A DNA stretch of 64,000 nt from Pyrinomonadaceae bacterium (GTDB lineage: Bacteria > Acidobacteriota > Blastocatellia > Pyrinomonadales > Pyrinomonadaceae), in NCBI GenBank assembly GCA_036389095.1, contig DASVQM010000072.1, positions 25,718 to 89,717 on the forward strand, given 5' to 3'. Both the position numbers and the translations under genes were made by a program. The notes beneath the pieces were generated by a model, which saw only the letters and a list, made by a program, of their open reading frames with translations, did no database searches and had not been told where the DNA came from. Shown here piece after piece: positions 44,741 through 55,326 of this stretch (position 1 is its first letter; every line of letters begins with the position of its first letter).

Positions 44741-45526
44741 CTACTTCACGATGGCTATGACGCGCAGGGGGCCGCCGCTTCCGCCCTTGATCTTCATGGG
44801 AAGCGCGACGAGGTAAAAGCCTTTCGCCGGTAGTTGATCCAGATTGGCCAGGTTCTCGAAGGCCGGGACGTTCTTCTCGAACAGTATTCTATGGCTCTCG
44901 AACATGGTTGACTGGCCGTAATCTATGCTCGCCGTGTCGAGCCCGACGGCCTTGATTGAGCGGCTGGCCGTGAGCCAGCGGGCGGCTTCCGGGTGAAGCC
45001 CTGGGAAATGCAGCTTGGCGACAGCGCCCGCCCCGCGCTCGGTCGTTCCCAGGTAGCCCTGGCGGTCCGGCCAGCGCCGCCCGTATCCTGTTCGCAGCAG
45101 CACAATCGCGCCGCGCGGGATGGGCCCATTCTTTTTCTCCCAAGCCTGTAGGTCGTCCGTCGTTATCCTGTAATCGGGATTCGCCTCGCATTGCCGCGTC
45201 GCGTCAACGACGATGCCTGCGCCCATCAACTGCTCAAGCGGGATCTGGTCGACCGTCTGACGGCCCGCAGCGAAATGGATGGGCGCATCTATGTGCGTGC
45301 CGCCGTGCTCTGCTGTGCAGAATTTGTTGGCCGCATAGTAATAGCCTTTATCGGTCACGCCCTCGTGCTCTTTTTCGAGGCGGAAGCCCTCTTCCGTGGG
45401 CCAGTAAATAGTCTCGGCATCGAAGGAGTGTGTGAGATCAACCATGCGCCCTGTGGGAAAATCGGATTTCTCACCGAGCGAGAGAATCAACAGCGTCGAG
45501 AAAAGCAGCGCGCACAACCACCTCAT
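44741..45526 (-). CDS. putative cyclase / kynurenine formamidase-family metal hydrolase (secreted)
   Basis: EHGGTHIDAPIHF motif. ATG 45526 has GAGGAGGA upstream. Confidence 0.75.
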   Translation of the reverse strand: MRWLCALLFSTLLILSLGEKSDFPTGRMVDLTHSFDAETIYWPTEEGFRLEKEHEGVTDKGYYYAANKFCTAEHGGTHIDAPIHFAAGRQTVDQIPLEQLMGAGIVVDATRQCEANPDYRITTDDLQAWEKKNGPIPRGAIVLLRTGYGRRWPDRQGYLGTTERGAGAVAKLHFPGLHPEAARWLTASRSIKAVGLDTASIDYGQSTMFESHRILFEKNVPAFENLANLDQLPAKGFYLVALPMKIKGGSGGPLRVIAIVK

Positions 45527-45690
45527 GAGAAATCCTCCTCGCATCTTGAGCGATATTCAAGCCACACGCTTCGGCGCATGTCTTATATCATTTTCCCGGC
45601 TGGTCTTTCCAAGAGCTAATCCTTATCATGCTCTGGCTCAGTCAAAAATCGGGAGAAGCGCGCGGCGGCTCTCTCGCAGCACAAGTGGAT

Positions 45691-47196
45691 ATGAAATCGA
45701 ATATGATCAAAAGCCTATCTCTCTTGATCTCCCCTCAACGTGTCTCAACCAAGCTCGCTCTCGTCATCGCTCTCACGCTCTTCTGTGCTCTATCTACAGC
45801 GGCTCAGCCGCGATCGGAGGAGACGCCAAAGCCGACGCCGACGCCCGTCTCTTACCCGCCGCAATTGATGGAGGAGATGCGGCAGCTTCAACAGGCTGCG
45901 CTGCAAAGCGATTACGCTTATCGCCAGGTGGCGCACCTGAGCAACAACATCGGGCCGCGTCTGAGCGGCTCGACGCAGGCGCAGAAGGCTGTCGAGTACG
46001 TGGCCGAAGAGCTGCGCCGCCTGGGGCTCGAAGTCAGGCTTCAGAAATTGATGGTCCCGCACTGGGTACGAGGCGAAGAGACGGCGGCCCTCGTTGGGTA
46101 TCCGGGCCAGGCTCCCGACAGCGTGCAGAAGATCGTGTTGACGACCTTGGGCGGCAGCGTCGCCACGCCCGCCGCAGGGCTCACGGCGGAGGTTGTCGTC
46201 GTCAACAGCTTTCAGGAGCTTGCGGCGCTCGGGCGCGAGCGGGTGGCCGGTAAGATCGTGCTCTTCAACGTGCGATTCGATCAGCAGATGGCCGCGCAGG
46301 GGTTCGGCGGGCAGGCTTACGTTCAGGCCATAGACTATCGCAGCAAAGGGCCGAGCGCCGCCGCGCGCCTGGGAGCGGTGGCCTCGCTCATTCGCTCTAT
46401 CGGAGGGGCGGAATACCGCCTGCCGCATACGGGGCAGACCAGGTACGCAGAGGATGCGCCGAAGATTCCCGCCGCCGCCGTCGCGGCTGAAGATGCCGAC
46501 CTGATGGCGTACCTCACGGCTCAGGGGAGAGTGCGTATGCGTCTGACGCTTCTGCCGCGACAACTGCCGGATGCCGTCAGCTACAACGTCATCGCAGACC
46601 TTAAGGGAAGCGTCCATCCCGAACAGGTCGTCATCGTCTCGGGCCACCTGGACTCCTGGGATTTGGGGACGGGCGCGCTCGACGACGCGGCGGGTGTGGC
46701 CGTCGCCATGCAGGCGGCACAGCTCGTCAAGCAGCTACGGCTTCGACCTGCGCGAACCATTCGCGTCATCGCCTGGATGAACGAAGAGAACGGGACGGTG
46801 GGCGCCAAGACCTACGCGAAAGATTACGCGGCTGAGATGGCCAACCATTTCGCCGCCATCGAGAGCGACCTCGGGGCCGGGCATCCCATAGGCTTCAGCG
46901 TCAAGGCCAGGCCCGAAGCCCTGCCGCTGCTCGTTCCCATCTCGACCGTCCTTCAAAGCTCCGGGGCCGGGCTCGTGCAAACGACGACCGGGGCGGGAAC
47001 GGACATAGAGCCGATGGCGGAGGCGGGCGTCCCGACCTTCGCCCCTTGGCAGGATTCGAGAACCTATTTCCACTACCATCACACCGCCGCCGATACGCTC
47101 GACAAGGTCGTGCCGCGCGAGCTGGCCGAGAACGCTGCGGTGATGGCCGTACTCGCCTACGCGCTGGCGAATCTGCCCGAACCTCTTCCCAGATGA
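45691..47196 (+). CDS. M28-family peptidase with a PA domain (secreted)
   Basis: Signal peptide after ATG 45691. SGHLDSWD, GALDDAAGVA and WMNEENG metal-ligand contexts. Confidence 0.8.
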   Translation: MKSNMIKSLSLLISPQRVSTKLALVIALTLFCALSTAAQPRSEETPKPTPTPVSYPPQLMEEMRQLQQAALQSDYAYRQVAHLSNNIGPRLSGSTQAQKAVEYVAEELRRLGLEVRLQKLMVPHWVRGEETAALVGYPGQAPDSVQKIVLTTLGGSVATPAAGLTAEVVVVNSFQELAALGRERVAGKIVLFNVRFDQQMAAQGFGGQAYVQAIDYRSKGPSAAARLGAVASLIRSIGGAEYRLPHTGQTRYAEDAPKIPAAAVAAEDADLMAYLTAQGRVRMRLTLLPRQLPDAVSYNVIADLKGSVHPEQVVIVSGHLDSWDLGTGALDDAAGVAVAMQAAQLVKQLRLRPARTIRVIAWMNEENGTVGAKTYAKDYAAEMANHFAAIESDLGAGHPIGFSVKARPEALPLLVPISTVLQSSGAGLVQTTTGAGTDIEPMAEAGVPTFAPWQDSRTYFHYHHTAADTLDKVVPRELAENAAVMAVLAYALANLPEPLPR

Positions 47197-47256
47197 GACG
47201 GAGCACGCGAAGCGAGATCGAGTCCCCTGCACCTTTGCCGACGGATAGAGACGCAG

Positions 47257-48723
47257 ATGAAGAAAATACTTCTATTGCTCATCGTATGCCTGGCGGTGCT
47301 GGTCTCGGTGTTGTTGGTCAAGACCTTTCGCTTCACCTCGAAGCAGGTGGAGGTCGAGAGCGTTGAAGCTCCAGCCATTGACAAGGAGGGCGTGGCCGGG
47401 CGATTGGCCCAATCGCTTCGCTTTCAAACGGTCTCGTCTCAGGACGGGAATCAATTCAGGGGCGAAGAGTTCCTCGGCCTTCACAAGTTTCTTGAGCAGA
47501 GCTTCCCGAGGGTGCACTCGACGCTGAGCCGGGAAGTGGTGGGCGATTACAGCCTGCTCTATACGTGGAAGGGCTCGGAAGGCGGCAAGCCCATCCTGCT
47601 CATGTCTCACCAGGACGTTGTGCCCGTCGAGCCGGGAACGGAGAGCAACTGGGCGCAGCCCCCCTTTGAAGGGCGCATCGGCGACGGGTATATCTGGGGC
47701 AGGGGTGCGCTCGACGATAAGGTCGGCGTGCTCGGGATACTCGAAGCCGTCGAGCTGCTTCTCGGTGAAGGCTTCCAGCCGAAGCGAACCATCTACCTGG
47801 CCTTCGGCCATGATGAAGAGGCGGGCGGCAGGAACGGGGCGGGCAAGATCGCCGCTCTCCTGCAAGGGCGGGGCGTGAACCTGGATTATATTCTTGACGA
47901 AGGCAGCGCCATCACGGATGGAATCATACCGGGAGTCTCGAAGCCCGTCGCACTCATAGGCATCGCCGAGAAAGGCATCCTCAGCGTCGAGTTGATCGTT
48001 GAAAGCGAAGGCGGCCATTCCTCCACGCCTCCGCCGCAGACAGCCATCGGCATCCTCAGCAGGGCCGTCAGCAGGCTTGAGGAGAACCAGATGCCCACGA
48101 GCCTCAACGGTGTCGCGGGCCAGATGTTCCAGTACGTCGGGCCGGAGATGTCTTTCGGCAGGAGGATGGCCTTCGCCAACCTCTGGCTCTTTCGACCGCT
48201 GGTGGAGCGCCTGCTGGCAGCCTCTCCGCCCACCAATGCCGCGACGCGCACGACCACCGCCGCGACCATCATAGAGGGCGGCGTCAAAGAGAACGTGCTG
48301 CCGAGCAAAGCCAGGGCCATCGTCAACTTTCGCATACTTCCGGGCGACAGCGTCGAGAGCGTTTTAGGTCACGTCAGCCGGACGATCAACGATGCGCGAG
48401 TAAAAGTCGGCAGGTACGGCGAGAACGCCAATGAGCCCTCGGCTGTCTCGAATACAGATTCGCCCGGCTATCGCGCGCTGCAACAAACTATCCGCCAGCT
48501 CTTTCAGGGCGCGGTCGTCGCGCCCTCGCAGGTCATAGGGGCGACCGATTCCAGGCACTATGCCGGATTGAGCAGTAGCATTTACCGTTTCGTTCCCATG
48601 ACAGTGGGCCCTGAAGACTTGAAGAGGATTCACGGCACGAACGAGAGAATTTCCGTCGAGAGCTACGCGCAATGCATCAGGTTCTATCGTCAACTGATCG
48701 TGAATTCCGCTCGTTCGCTCTGA
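47257..48723 (+). CDS. M20-family metallopeptidase (carboxypeptidase/PM20D1-like) with an N-terminal TM anchor
   Basis: LMSHQDVVP, GRGALDDK, GHDEE and HGTNERI motifs. Confidence 0.8.
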   Translation: MKKILLLLIVCLAVLVSVLLVKTFRFTSKQVEVESVEAPAIDKEGVAGRLAQSLRFQTVSSQDGNQFRGEEFLGLHKFLEQSFPRVHSTLSREVVGDYSLLYTWKGSEGGKPILLMSHQDVVPVEPGTESNWAQPPFEGRIGDGYIWGRGALDDKVGVLGILEAVELLLGEGFQPKRTIYLAFGHDEEAGGRNGAGKIAALLQGRGVNLDYILDEGSAITDGIIPGVSKPVALIGIAEKGILSVELIVESEGGHSSTPPPQTAIGILSRAVSRLEENQMPTSLNGVAGQMFQYVGPEMSFGRRMAFANLWLFRPLVERLLAASPPTNAATRTTTAATIIEGGVKENVLPSKARAIVNFRILPGDSVESVLGHVSRTINDARVKVGRYGENANEPSAVSNTDSPGYRALQQTIRQLFQGAVVAPSQVIGATDSRHYAGLSSSIYRFVPMTVGPEDLKRIHGTNERISVESYAQCIRFYRQLIVNSARSL

Positions 48724-48834
48724 ACGAAATCATGCAGTCAGTCGCGCCAAAGGTCTCGGGCGGGTTCTTTGCTGAGTAAGACCCGCCCGAGACTTTAGGC
48801 CATACTGACTTTGCTTTTCTCAGAGGAGATTACG

Positions 48835-50037
48835 ATGGACTTCAGCATCTCGCCGGAAATGGAGGAGACGCGCGGGCGCGTCAGGGCTTTCATGGACGAG
48901 TATGTCTACGCTCATGAAAGCCTCGTCGTGGAGGACGAAGGCTTGCCCTTGGAACTTGAGCGCGAGCTTCAGGGGAAAGTCAAGGCGCAAGGGTTATGGG
49001 CCCCTAACCTGCCGCGTGAGCTGGGAGGCATGGGGATAGGCGTGATGGGCCAGGCTTTCTTGAACGAGATCATAGGCCGCTCCGTCATCGCGCCGCGCCT
49101 CTTCGGTTCGGATGCGCCCGATGCCGGGAACGCCGAGCTGCTGCATCTGGCCGCCACGCCCGCGCAGAAAGAGAGATACCTGCGCCCCTTGGCCGCGGGC
49201 GACGTACGTTCCTGCTTTGCCATGACCGAGCCCGAGGTCTCCGGCTCAGACCCTACCATGCTGCGCACGCGCGCCGTACGTGACAAAGACGAGTGGGTCA
49301 TCAACGGACACAAGTGGTTTATCTCAGGCGCGATTGGCTCCACCTTCTCCATCGTGATGGCCGTCACAGACCCCTCAGCCGACCCGCACCATCGCGCCAG
49401 CATGATTCTCGTTCCGACGGACACGCCCGGCTTTCGCATCCTTCGCGCCGTGCCCGTGATGGGCGGCGGAAGCGTCGGCGGTCACTGCGAGATCATGTTT
49501 GAGGATTGCCGCGTGCCCGCAGAGAACTTGCTGGGCGAAGCGGGCCAGGGCTTCGCGCTGGCCCAGGCCAGGCTGGGCCCGGGACGGATTCAACACTGCA
49601 TGCGCTGGCTCGGCGCGGCCCAGCGTAGTTTCGAGCTGATGTGTCAACGCGCTCTCGCGCGCCGCTCCTTCGGCGAGCCGCTCGCGGACAAACAGACCGT
49701 GCAAAACTGGATCGCGGATTCCGCCGCCGAGATCAACGCGGCGCGATTGATGACGCTGCACGCAGCCTGGAAGATGGACAGGGGCGAGGACGCGCGCGTG
49801 GAGATTTCGCTCATCAAGTTCTACGGGGCGCGTGTCCTGCATGACGTGATAGATCGCGCCATACAGGTGCACGGCGCGCTCGGCTATTCAAGGGACACGC
49901 CGCTCGAAATGTTCTATCGCAACGCACGCGCCGCGCGTATCTACGACGGGCCGGACGAAGTTCATCGCATGGTCGTCGCGCGTCGCATACTGCAAGGGTT
50001 CAAACGCGAAGCGCCCGAGTCTTCGATGACGGATTGA
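48835..50037 (+). CDS. acyl-CoA dehydrogenase family protein
   Basis: CFAMTEPEVSGSDP, and the C-terminal IYDGPDEVHR. GAGGAG lies upstream of ATG 48835. Confidence 0.85.
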   Translation: MDFSISPEMEETRGRVRAFMDEYVYAHESLVVEDEGLPLELERELQGKVKAQGLWAPNLPRELGGMGIGVMGQAFLNEIIGRSVIAPRLFGSDAPDAGNAELLHLAATPAQKERYLRPLAAGDVRSCFAMTEPEVSGSDPTMLRTRAVRDKDEWVINGHKWFISGAIGSTFSIVMAVTDPSADPHHRASMILVPTDTPGFRILRAVPVMGGGSVGGHCEIMFEDCRVPAENLLGEAGQGFALAQARLGPGRIQHCMRWLGAAQRSFELMCQRALARRSFGEPLADKQTVQNWIADSAAEINAARLMTLHAAWKMDRGEDARVEISLIKFYGARVLHDVIDRAIQVHGALGYSRDTPLEMFYRNARAARIYDGPDEVHRMVVARRILQGFKREAPESSMTD

Positions 50038-50043
50038 AGCGAG

Positions 50044-51156
50044 ATGAGCTTGGAAGATAAAGCCCGCGCAGAGAGTGGCGACACGGCACAGGTCAGGCCC
50101 GGCGAAGAGTTGGACGTGTCGGCCATCGCCGCTTACGTGCGCGAGCATTCAAAGCTGCTCGCGCAGCAGAGCGCGCACGCAAGCGAAGACGAGATTACCG
50201 TCGAGCAGTTTCGCAATGGCCGTTCTAACCTGACTTACATGATTCGCTTCGGCGGGCGGGAGGAGTTCGTTCTGCGCCGCCCGCCTTTCGGGCCGGTCGC
50301 GCCGACGGCTCACGACATGCCGCGCGAATACAGGTTGTTGACGGCCATTCATCCCTTCTTTCCCCTCGCGCCGCGCCCGCTGCTGCTCTGTGAAGACCCG
50401 TCCGTCATCGGCGCTCCCTTCTACCTGATGGAGAGACGGCGCGGCCTAGTCATCGGCGACCGCTTGCCCGCAGAGATAGGCGAAGACTTGCAACTGCGCC
50501 GCCGCGTCAGCTGTGCGATGATAGACACGCTCGCCGCCTTGCATAGCGTAGACATCTATTCGTCCGGCATCGTCAATATCGGTAAGCCCGAGGGGTTCGT
50601 CACACGCCAGGTCAAGGGCTGGACGGAGCGCTGGCGGCGCTCGCAAACGAGTGAAGTGCCGGAGATGGAAGAGGTCACAAACTGGCTCGCAGAGCGTATC
50701 CCGGCTGAGGCGGCGCGGGGCGCGGCCACCATCGTGCATAACGACTTCAAGCTCGATAACGTCATGCTGGACGCAGGCGACCCAGGGCGAGTCATCGCCG
50801 TGCTCGACTGGGAGATGAGCAGCGTCGGCGATCCGCTCTTAGACCTGGGCGTCTTCCTCTGCTACTGGTCTGAGCAGAGTGATTCCGAGACGCGACGCGG
50901 CCTGAGCGCCGTGACAGCCGCTCCCGGCTGGATGACCCGCCGCGAGCTTATCGAGCGATACGGCGCGCAGACGGGCCGCGATCTTTCCGGCATCGCCTTC
51001 TATGAAACATTCGCTCTCTTCAAGGTTGCGGTCGTCGTCCAGCAGATTTATTTCAGATACGTGCGCGGCCAGACCAAGGACGAACGCTTCAAGGATTATG
51101 ATCGCTATGTCGCGGGCCTGGCGCGAACCGCCCTTGAGTTGGCCCAACATCTTTAG
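50044..51156 (+). CDS. phosphotransferase (APH/ACAD10-associated kinase-like) family protein
   Basis: [13 protein letters not shown] catalytic loop and [16 protein letters not shown]. It is adjacent to the ACAD gene. Confidence 0.8.
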   Translation: MSLEDKARAESGDTAQVRPGEELDVSAIAAYVREHSKLLAQQSAHASEDEITVEQFRNGRSNLTYMIRFGGREEFVLRRPPFGPVAPTAHDMPREYRLLTAIHPFFPLAPRPLLLCEDPSVIGAPFYLMERRRGLVIGDRLPAEIGEDLQLRRRVSCAMIDTLAALHSVDIYSSGIVNIGKPEGFVTRQVKGWTERWRRSQTSEVPEMEEVTNWLAERIPAEAARGAATIVHNDFKLDNVMLDAGDPGRVIAVLDWEMSSVGDPLLDLGVFLCYWSEQSDSETRRGLSAVTAAPGWMTRRELIERYGAQTGRDLSGIAFYETFALFKVAVVVQQIYFRYVRGQTKDERFKDYDRYVAGLARTALELAQHL

Positions 51157-51200
51157 AACCCCTATCGCTTTGAGCATCGCTCGCAACATGGCCCCGACAT

Positions 51201-51965
51201 ATGAGCCAGCGCTTTCGCCCGACGATTCTTCGCTTCGACTCGCTCGCTTCGACCAATACGGAGGCGGCGCGACAGGCACGGCGCGGCGCGGCGGAAGGAT
51301 TGTGCATCGTGGCGCGCGAGCAGACGGCTGGGCGTGGCAGGCAAGAGCGGGTCTGGATTTCGCCGCCGGGCGCGGGCCTCTATTGCAGTATAGTGCTGCG
51401 CCCGCGTCTTGAGCCGAGCGCCTGGCCGCTCCTGACGCTCGCGGCTGCCCTCGCCACGCACGACGCGCTGCTTGCGGTCTACGCCCTCTCGACCGACATC
51501 AAGTGGCCCAACGACATCTACGCGCGCGAGCGCAAGCTCTGCGGGATTCTGGCCGAGGCGGTCGAATCAGAGCGCGGACGCGCCTGCGTCTTAGGAATCG
51601 GCATCAACCTGGACGACAGCGCATTTCCGGCTGAGCTGAAGGATGCTGCGACCTCCATCGCCGCCTTGACCGGGAGCGCTGCTGATGCCGAAACTCTGCT
51701 CACAGCCCTGCTGCGCTCCTTAGCCAATCGCTACGAAACGCTTCAGGGCGCGGACGGCAAAGCCCTGACGCTGAGAGACTGGGCCGCGCGCTCATCTTAC
51801 GCGCAAGGGCGCGAGGTGCGCGTCACGCTCGCAGGCGAGAGCTTCGACGGCACGACGCGCGGCCTTGAACCCGACGGCTCTTTGCGTGTAGAAACAGATG
51901 GAGAAATCAGAATCATTCGCGCCGGAGATGTCACAACTCTAAGAAGGATGAAGGATGAAGGATGA
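51201..51965 (+). CDS. birA: biotin--[acetyl-CoA-carboxylase] ligase BirA (no HTH domain)
   Basis: AREQTAGRGRQERVW, KWPNDI and KLCGILAE motifs. Confidence 0.85.
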   Translation: MSQRFRPTILRFDSLASTNTEAARQARRGAAEGLCIVAREQTAGRGRQERVWISPPGAGLYCSIVLRPRLEPSAWPLLTLAAALATHDALLAVYALSTDIKWPNDIYARERKLCGILAEAVESERGRACVLGIGINLDDSAFPAELKDAATSIAALTGSAADAETLLTALLRSLANRYETLQGADGKALTLRDWAARSSYAQGREVRVTLAGESFDGTTRGLEPDGSLRVETDGEIRIIRAGDVTTLRRMKDEG

Positions 51966-52038
51966 AGGATGAAAAGGGTTGAAGGGTTGAATCACTTGAG
52001 CCGTGATTCAATCATTTCATCCTTCATCCTTCATCCTT
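51943..52038. repeat. heptamer-based hairpin element: (GGATGAA)4 ... (TTCATCC)3, overlapping the birA stop
   Basis: GAAGGATGAAGGATGAAGGATGAAGGATGAAAAGGG...TTTCATCCTTCATCCTTCATCCTT. Confidence 0.85.
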
Positions 52039-52048
52039 GCTCACGGGT

Positions 52049-52831
52049 ATGCTGCTAGTCATTGACGTGGGAAATACGAATACTTCGCTGGGCGTGTATG
52101 ACGGCGAGAGGCTGGTGGCGGACTGGCGTTTGACGACGGAGCGGGCGCGGACGGTGGACGAGTACGGCGTGCACGCGCGCAACCTGTTCGCGCTGGCCGG
52201 AATAGATTTTCAGGCGATCACGGCGGTCGCCGTCGCTTCGGTCGTCCCGCCCCTGAATTACACTCTCAAGCGTATGTCTGAAGTCTACTTCGACCGGACG
52301 CCGCTCTTCATAGACCACACGGTCGAGACGGGCTTGAAGATTCTCTACCAGCCGCCCGGCGATGTCGGCGCTGATCGCATCGTGGATGCGGTCGCCGCGA
52401 TTCACAAGTACGGTGCGCCGTGCATCATCGTTGATTTCGGGACGGCGACGACCTTCGACGCCATCAATGAGCGCGGCGAATACCTGGGCGGCGTCATCAC
52501 TCCGGGCATCACCATCTCTTCGGACGCGCTCTTTGCGCGCACGGCCCGTCTTCCACGCGTCGAGATCAAGCGTCCGAGTTCAGTGATCGGCACATCAACC
52601 ATCGGCTCTATGCAATCCGGCCTCTATTACGGCTATGCCGGGCTCGTGGATGGAATCCTGAGAAGGATGATCGAAGAGCTTGGCGGCTCGCCCCGTGTTA
52701 TCGCTACGGGCGGGCTCGCGCCGCTCATCGCCACCGGCTCCGAGCTGATCGAAACCATTGACGACACCATCACCCTGGAAGGCTTGCGCTTGATCTACGA
52801 ACGCACAAAGACAGTGACAAGTGACGAGTGA
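52049..52831 (+). CDS. coaX: type III pantothenate kinase CoaX
   Basis: MLLVIDVGNTNT, GADRIV, VDFGTATTFD and ATGGLA motifs. Confidence 0.9.
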   Translation: MLLVIDVGNTNTSLGVYDGERLVADWRLTTERARTVDEYGVHARNLFALAGIDFQAITAVAVASVVPPLNYTLKRMSEVYFDRTPLFIDHTVETGLKILYQPPGDVGADRIVDAVAAIHKYGAPCIIVDFGTATTFDAINERGEYLGGVITPGITISSDALFARTARLPRVEIKRPSSVIGTSTIGSMQSGLYYGYAGLVDGILRRMIEELGGSPRVIATGGLAPLIATGSELIETIDDTITLEGLRLIYERTKTVTSDE

Positions 52832-52885
52832 CGAGTTAAAAACTAGAAGCTCTTGTCCAGGCTTGTCACTCGCCACTTGTCACTC
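52814..52885. repeat. heptamer-based hairpin element (GTGACGA family), overlapping the coaX stop
   Basis: GTGACAAGTGACGAGTGACGAGT...CTTGTCACTCGCCACTTGTCACTC. Confidence 0.8.
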
Positions 52886-52899
52886 TCGACTGCCTTCTT

Positions 52900-53637
52900 A
52901 TGAACTACTTTAATTACTTTACCGAGATCGAGGAGACTTTCGTTCGGCGGCGCGGCAAGCACCTGCTGCTCGGGACGATGGACTGGGCTTTGATGGCGAC
53001 GTGGAAAGAGATGGGCGTGCCGCTGCATGTGGTCTTGAACGGCATCGAGCGGGCCTTCGATTCCTACGAGGCGAAGCCGCGCAAGCGCAGTGTCAAGACA
53101 CTGATGTACTGCCAGGAGGAGGTCGAGGCGCAGTACGGCGAATGGCTCGAATCACAACTCGGCGCTCAGGGCGATGGCAAGAACGGCGACCATGCGTTCA
53201 GTGAAGCTTACGTCGAAGAGGAGCAGCTGCCATTTCCGCGTGCCACTATACTTGAGCACATGGCGCGCGCGCGCGCGGCTCTGACTGAAATCTGCGAGGA
53301 GCGAAAGACGAGCCGTGACGATGGATTGTGCGATGCGCTCGGGCGAGCAATCGCGCGGCTCGTCGAGTTGGAAAAGGATTTCAAGAAGGCCGCTCGCCCC
53401 CGCGCCGAGAAGCTGGAAGAATCGCTTGCGAGCCTGGAAAAGATGCTGGACGAAGCGCTCGGCGCGTCCGTCCCGGCCTCCGAGATGGCGGCGGCGCGGG
53501 CAGAGACCGAAGCCCAACTGCAACCCTACCGCGCTCGTATGGAGCAGGCCACCTATGAGCAGACCTTCGGCAATCTGCTGCTCAAGCGCCTGCGCGATCA
53601 ATACGGCATGCCGCGTCTGAGTTTGTTCTATCTTTAA
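52900..53637 (+). CDS. conserved-looking hypothetical protein (245 aa)
   Basis: Clean ORF with good coding appearance. No motif recognised. Confidence 0.55.
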   Translation: MNYFNYFTEIEETFVRRRGKHLLLGTMDWALMATWKEMGVPLHVVLNGIERAFDSYEAKPRKRSVKTLMYCQEEVEAQYGEWLESQLGAQGDGKNGDHAFSEAYVEEEQLPFPRATILEHMARARAALTEICEERKTSRDDGLCDALGRAIARLVELEKDFKKAARPRAEKLEESLASLEKMLDEALGASVPASEMAAARAETEAQLQPYRARMEQATYEQTFGNLLLKRLRDQYGMPRLSLFYL

Positions 53638-53645
53638 GGTTCAAC

Positions 53646-54881
53646 ATGAAAAGGCGAAGAGGCACGAAGGCGGCGGCGCGCACGCGAGCGCCGCGCGCGC
53701 AGACGCAGGACGCGACCGTTGAAGTCTTGATCGAGCGCATCCTTCCGGGCGGCGCTGGCCTGGCGCACGCCGGAGGACGCACGATCTTTGTCGGACTGGC
53801 CGCGCCCGGCGACCGCCTGCGCGTGCGCATCAATCAGACTCGTGGCAAAGCCGCCTTCGCCTCGATCATGGAGGTGATAGAGCCTTCGCCCCATCGTGCT
53901 GAGCCGCCGTGCCCTTACTTCGGGCGCTGCGGCGGCTGCGACTTTCAGCAGTTGAGCTATGAGGCACAGCTCGACGCCAAGGTCTCTATCATACGCGACT
54001 GCCTGCGTCGCATCGCGCGCCTTGAGCCCCCGGCTGAGATTCCGATCACGGCATCTCCAAGCGTCTGGCATTACCGCTCACGCGCGCAGTGGCAATTCGA
54101 CCCTCAGCACGCACGCCTGGGCTATTTCGAGCGCGGCTCGCACAGCGTCTGTGATGTCTCGCAATGTCCAGTCCTCGTCCCTGAATTGCAGGATGCACTA
54201 ACCCGCCTGCGCCAGCGAGCGCGGGAAGGCACGCTGCCCCGAGCGACGGAGTTCCAGGCGGTCGCGGGAGACGAAGGCGCATCGCTCTCGCCGCCCGTCG
54301 GCCCAACCGAGTCGCGCTGGGTGAGCCGTACAATCGGAGCAGGGCGCTATCGCTTTAGCGCCGACGGCTTCTTTCAAATCAATCATGAATTGCTGCCATC
54401 GCTGATCGAAGCCGCGCTCGGCGACGCGCAAGGCGAGAGCGCCATAGACCTTTACTGCGGCGTCGGCCTCTTCACGCTGCCGCTCGCGCGCAGGTTCGCA
54501 CGCGTCGTCGGCGTCGAATCCAACGAGGCTGCCGTCAGCGATGCGCGTAGCAACCTGCGAGCGGCACAACTCTCCAACGCCGCCTTCGAGGTCGCAAAGG
54601 TCTCAGAATGGTTGAAGGCCGCCGCTCACGAAAAAGGGCCCGTCGATCTTATCCTGCTCGACCCGCCGCGTGCGGGCGCGGAAGAAGATGCCATCAGCAG
54701 CATCGCTGCACTTCGCCCTGGACGCATCTCCTACGTCTCCTGCGACCCCGCAACGCTCGCCCGCGACCTCAAACATTTAATCGAGCACGCATACCGGCTT
54801 GACTCCATCGCCGCATTTGATATGTTCCCTCAGACTCATCATGTGGAGACGGTCGCGCATCTCTCATGCGAAGTGACGTAG
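53646..54881 (+). CDS. rlmD: 23S rRNA (uracil-5)-methyltransferase, RlmD/RumA family (TRAM domain + 4Fe-4S + SAM MTase)
   Basis: Cys cluster CPYFGRCGGCDFQ...C, FFQIN, DLYCGVGLF and LDPPRAG motifs. Confidence 0.75.
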   Translation: MKRRRGTKAAARTRAPRAQTQDATVEVLIERILPGGAGLAHAGGRTIFVGLAAPGDRLRVRINQTRGKAAFASIMEVIEPSPHRAEPPCPYFGRCGGCDFQQLSYEAQLDAKVSIIRDCLRRIARLEPPAEIPITASPSVWHYRSRAQWQFDPQHARLGYFERGSHSVCDVSQCPVLVPELQDALTRLRQRAREGTLPRATEFQAVAGDEGASLSPPVGPTESRWVSRTIGAGRYRFSADGFFQINHELLPSLIEAALGDAQGESAIDLYCGVGLFTLPLARRFARVVGVESNEAAVSDARSNLRAAQLSNAAFEVAKVSEWLKAAAHEKGPVDLILLDPPRAGAEEDAISSIAALRPGRISYVSCDPATLARDLKHLIEHAYRLDSIAAFDMFPQTHHVETVAHLSCEVT

Positions 54882-54973
54882 CGCTAGACCTGATGGCGGT
54901 GAATCGCCGTCGAGTGTATATGGTTAACGGCTCGTTCGCTGGACGAGTCGCAGACAGGATGAAAGGGTTGGAT

Positions 54974-55201
54974 ATGAAACGCCTTGTTAGAATGATTTTG
55001 CTTGTGACAATGGCATCGGCGTGCCTGATGCCGGGAATGGCGCAGAGCGCCGGGGGGGCGTCCGCCTCTTCGGACAGGCAGACGCAGAAGAGGCAGGCCG
55101 AGCGTGATCGCAAGGAGGAAGCACGCAGGCGCAAAGAGGAGGAGAAGAGAGCGCTGCAACAGGCCGGAGTCAGGTGCTCGCGGCTTAACGCGAGGCATTG
55201 A
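54974..55201 (+). CDS. small secreted Lys/Arg/Glu-rich protein (75 aa)
   Basis: Signal peptide MKRLVRMILLVTMASACLMPGMAQ followed by a charged tail. Confidence 0.35.
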   Translation: MKRLVRMILLVTMASACLMPGMAQSAGGASASSDRQTQKRQAERDRKEEARRRKEEEKRALQQAGVRCSRLNARH

Positions 55202-55326
55202 AGGGCGGGTTTGAGGCAAGAGTCTTTGACGGCGAGCTTGTGCGCGGCTATAGACTCGCCGTGAAGGGTTCGCATGAGCGCCGCCGCCGGGCAGGCTCGG
55301 CGCGTCGGGTTCGCAGTGCCGGTGTT

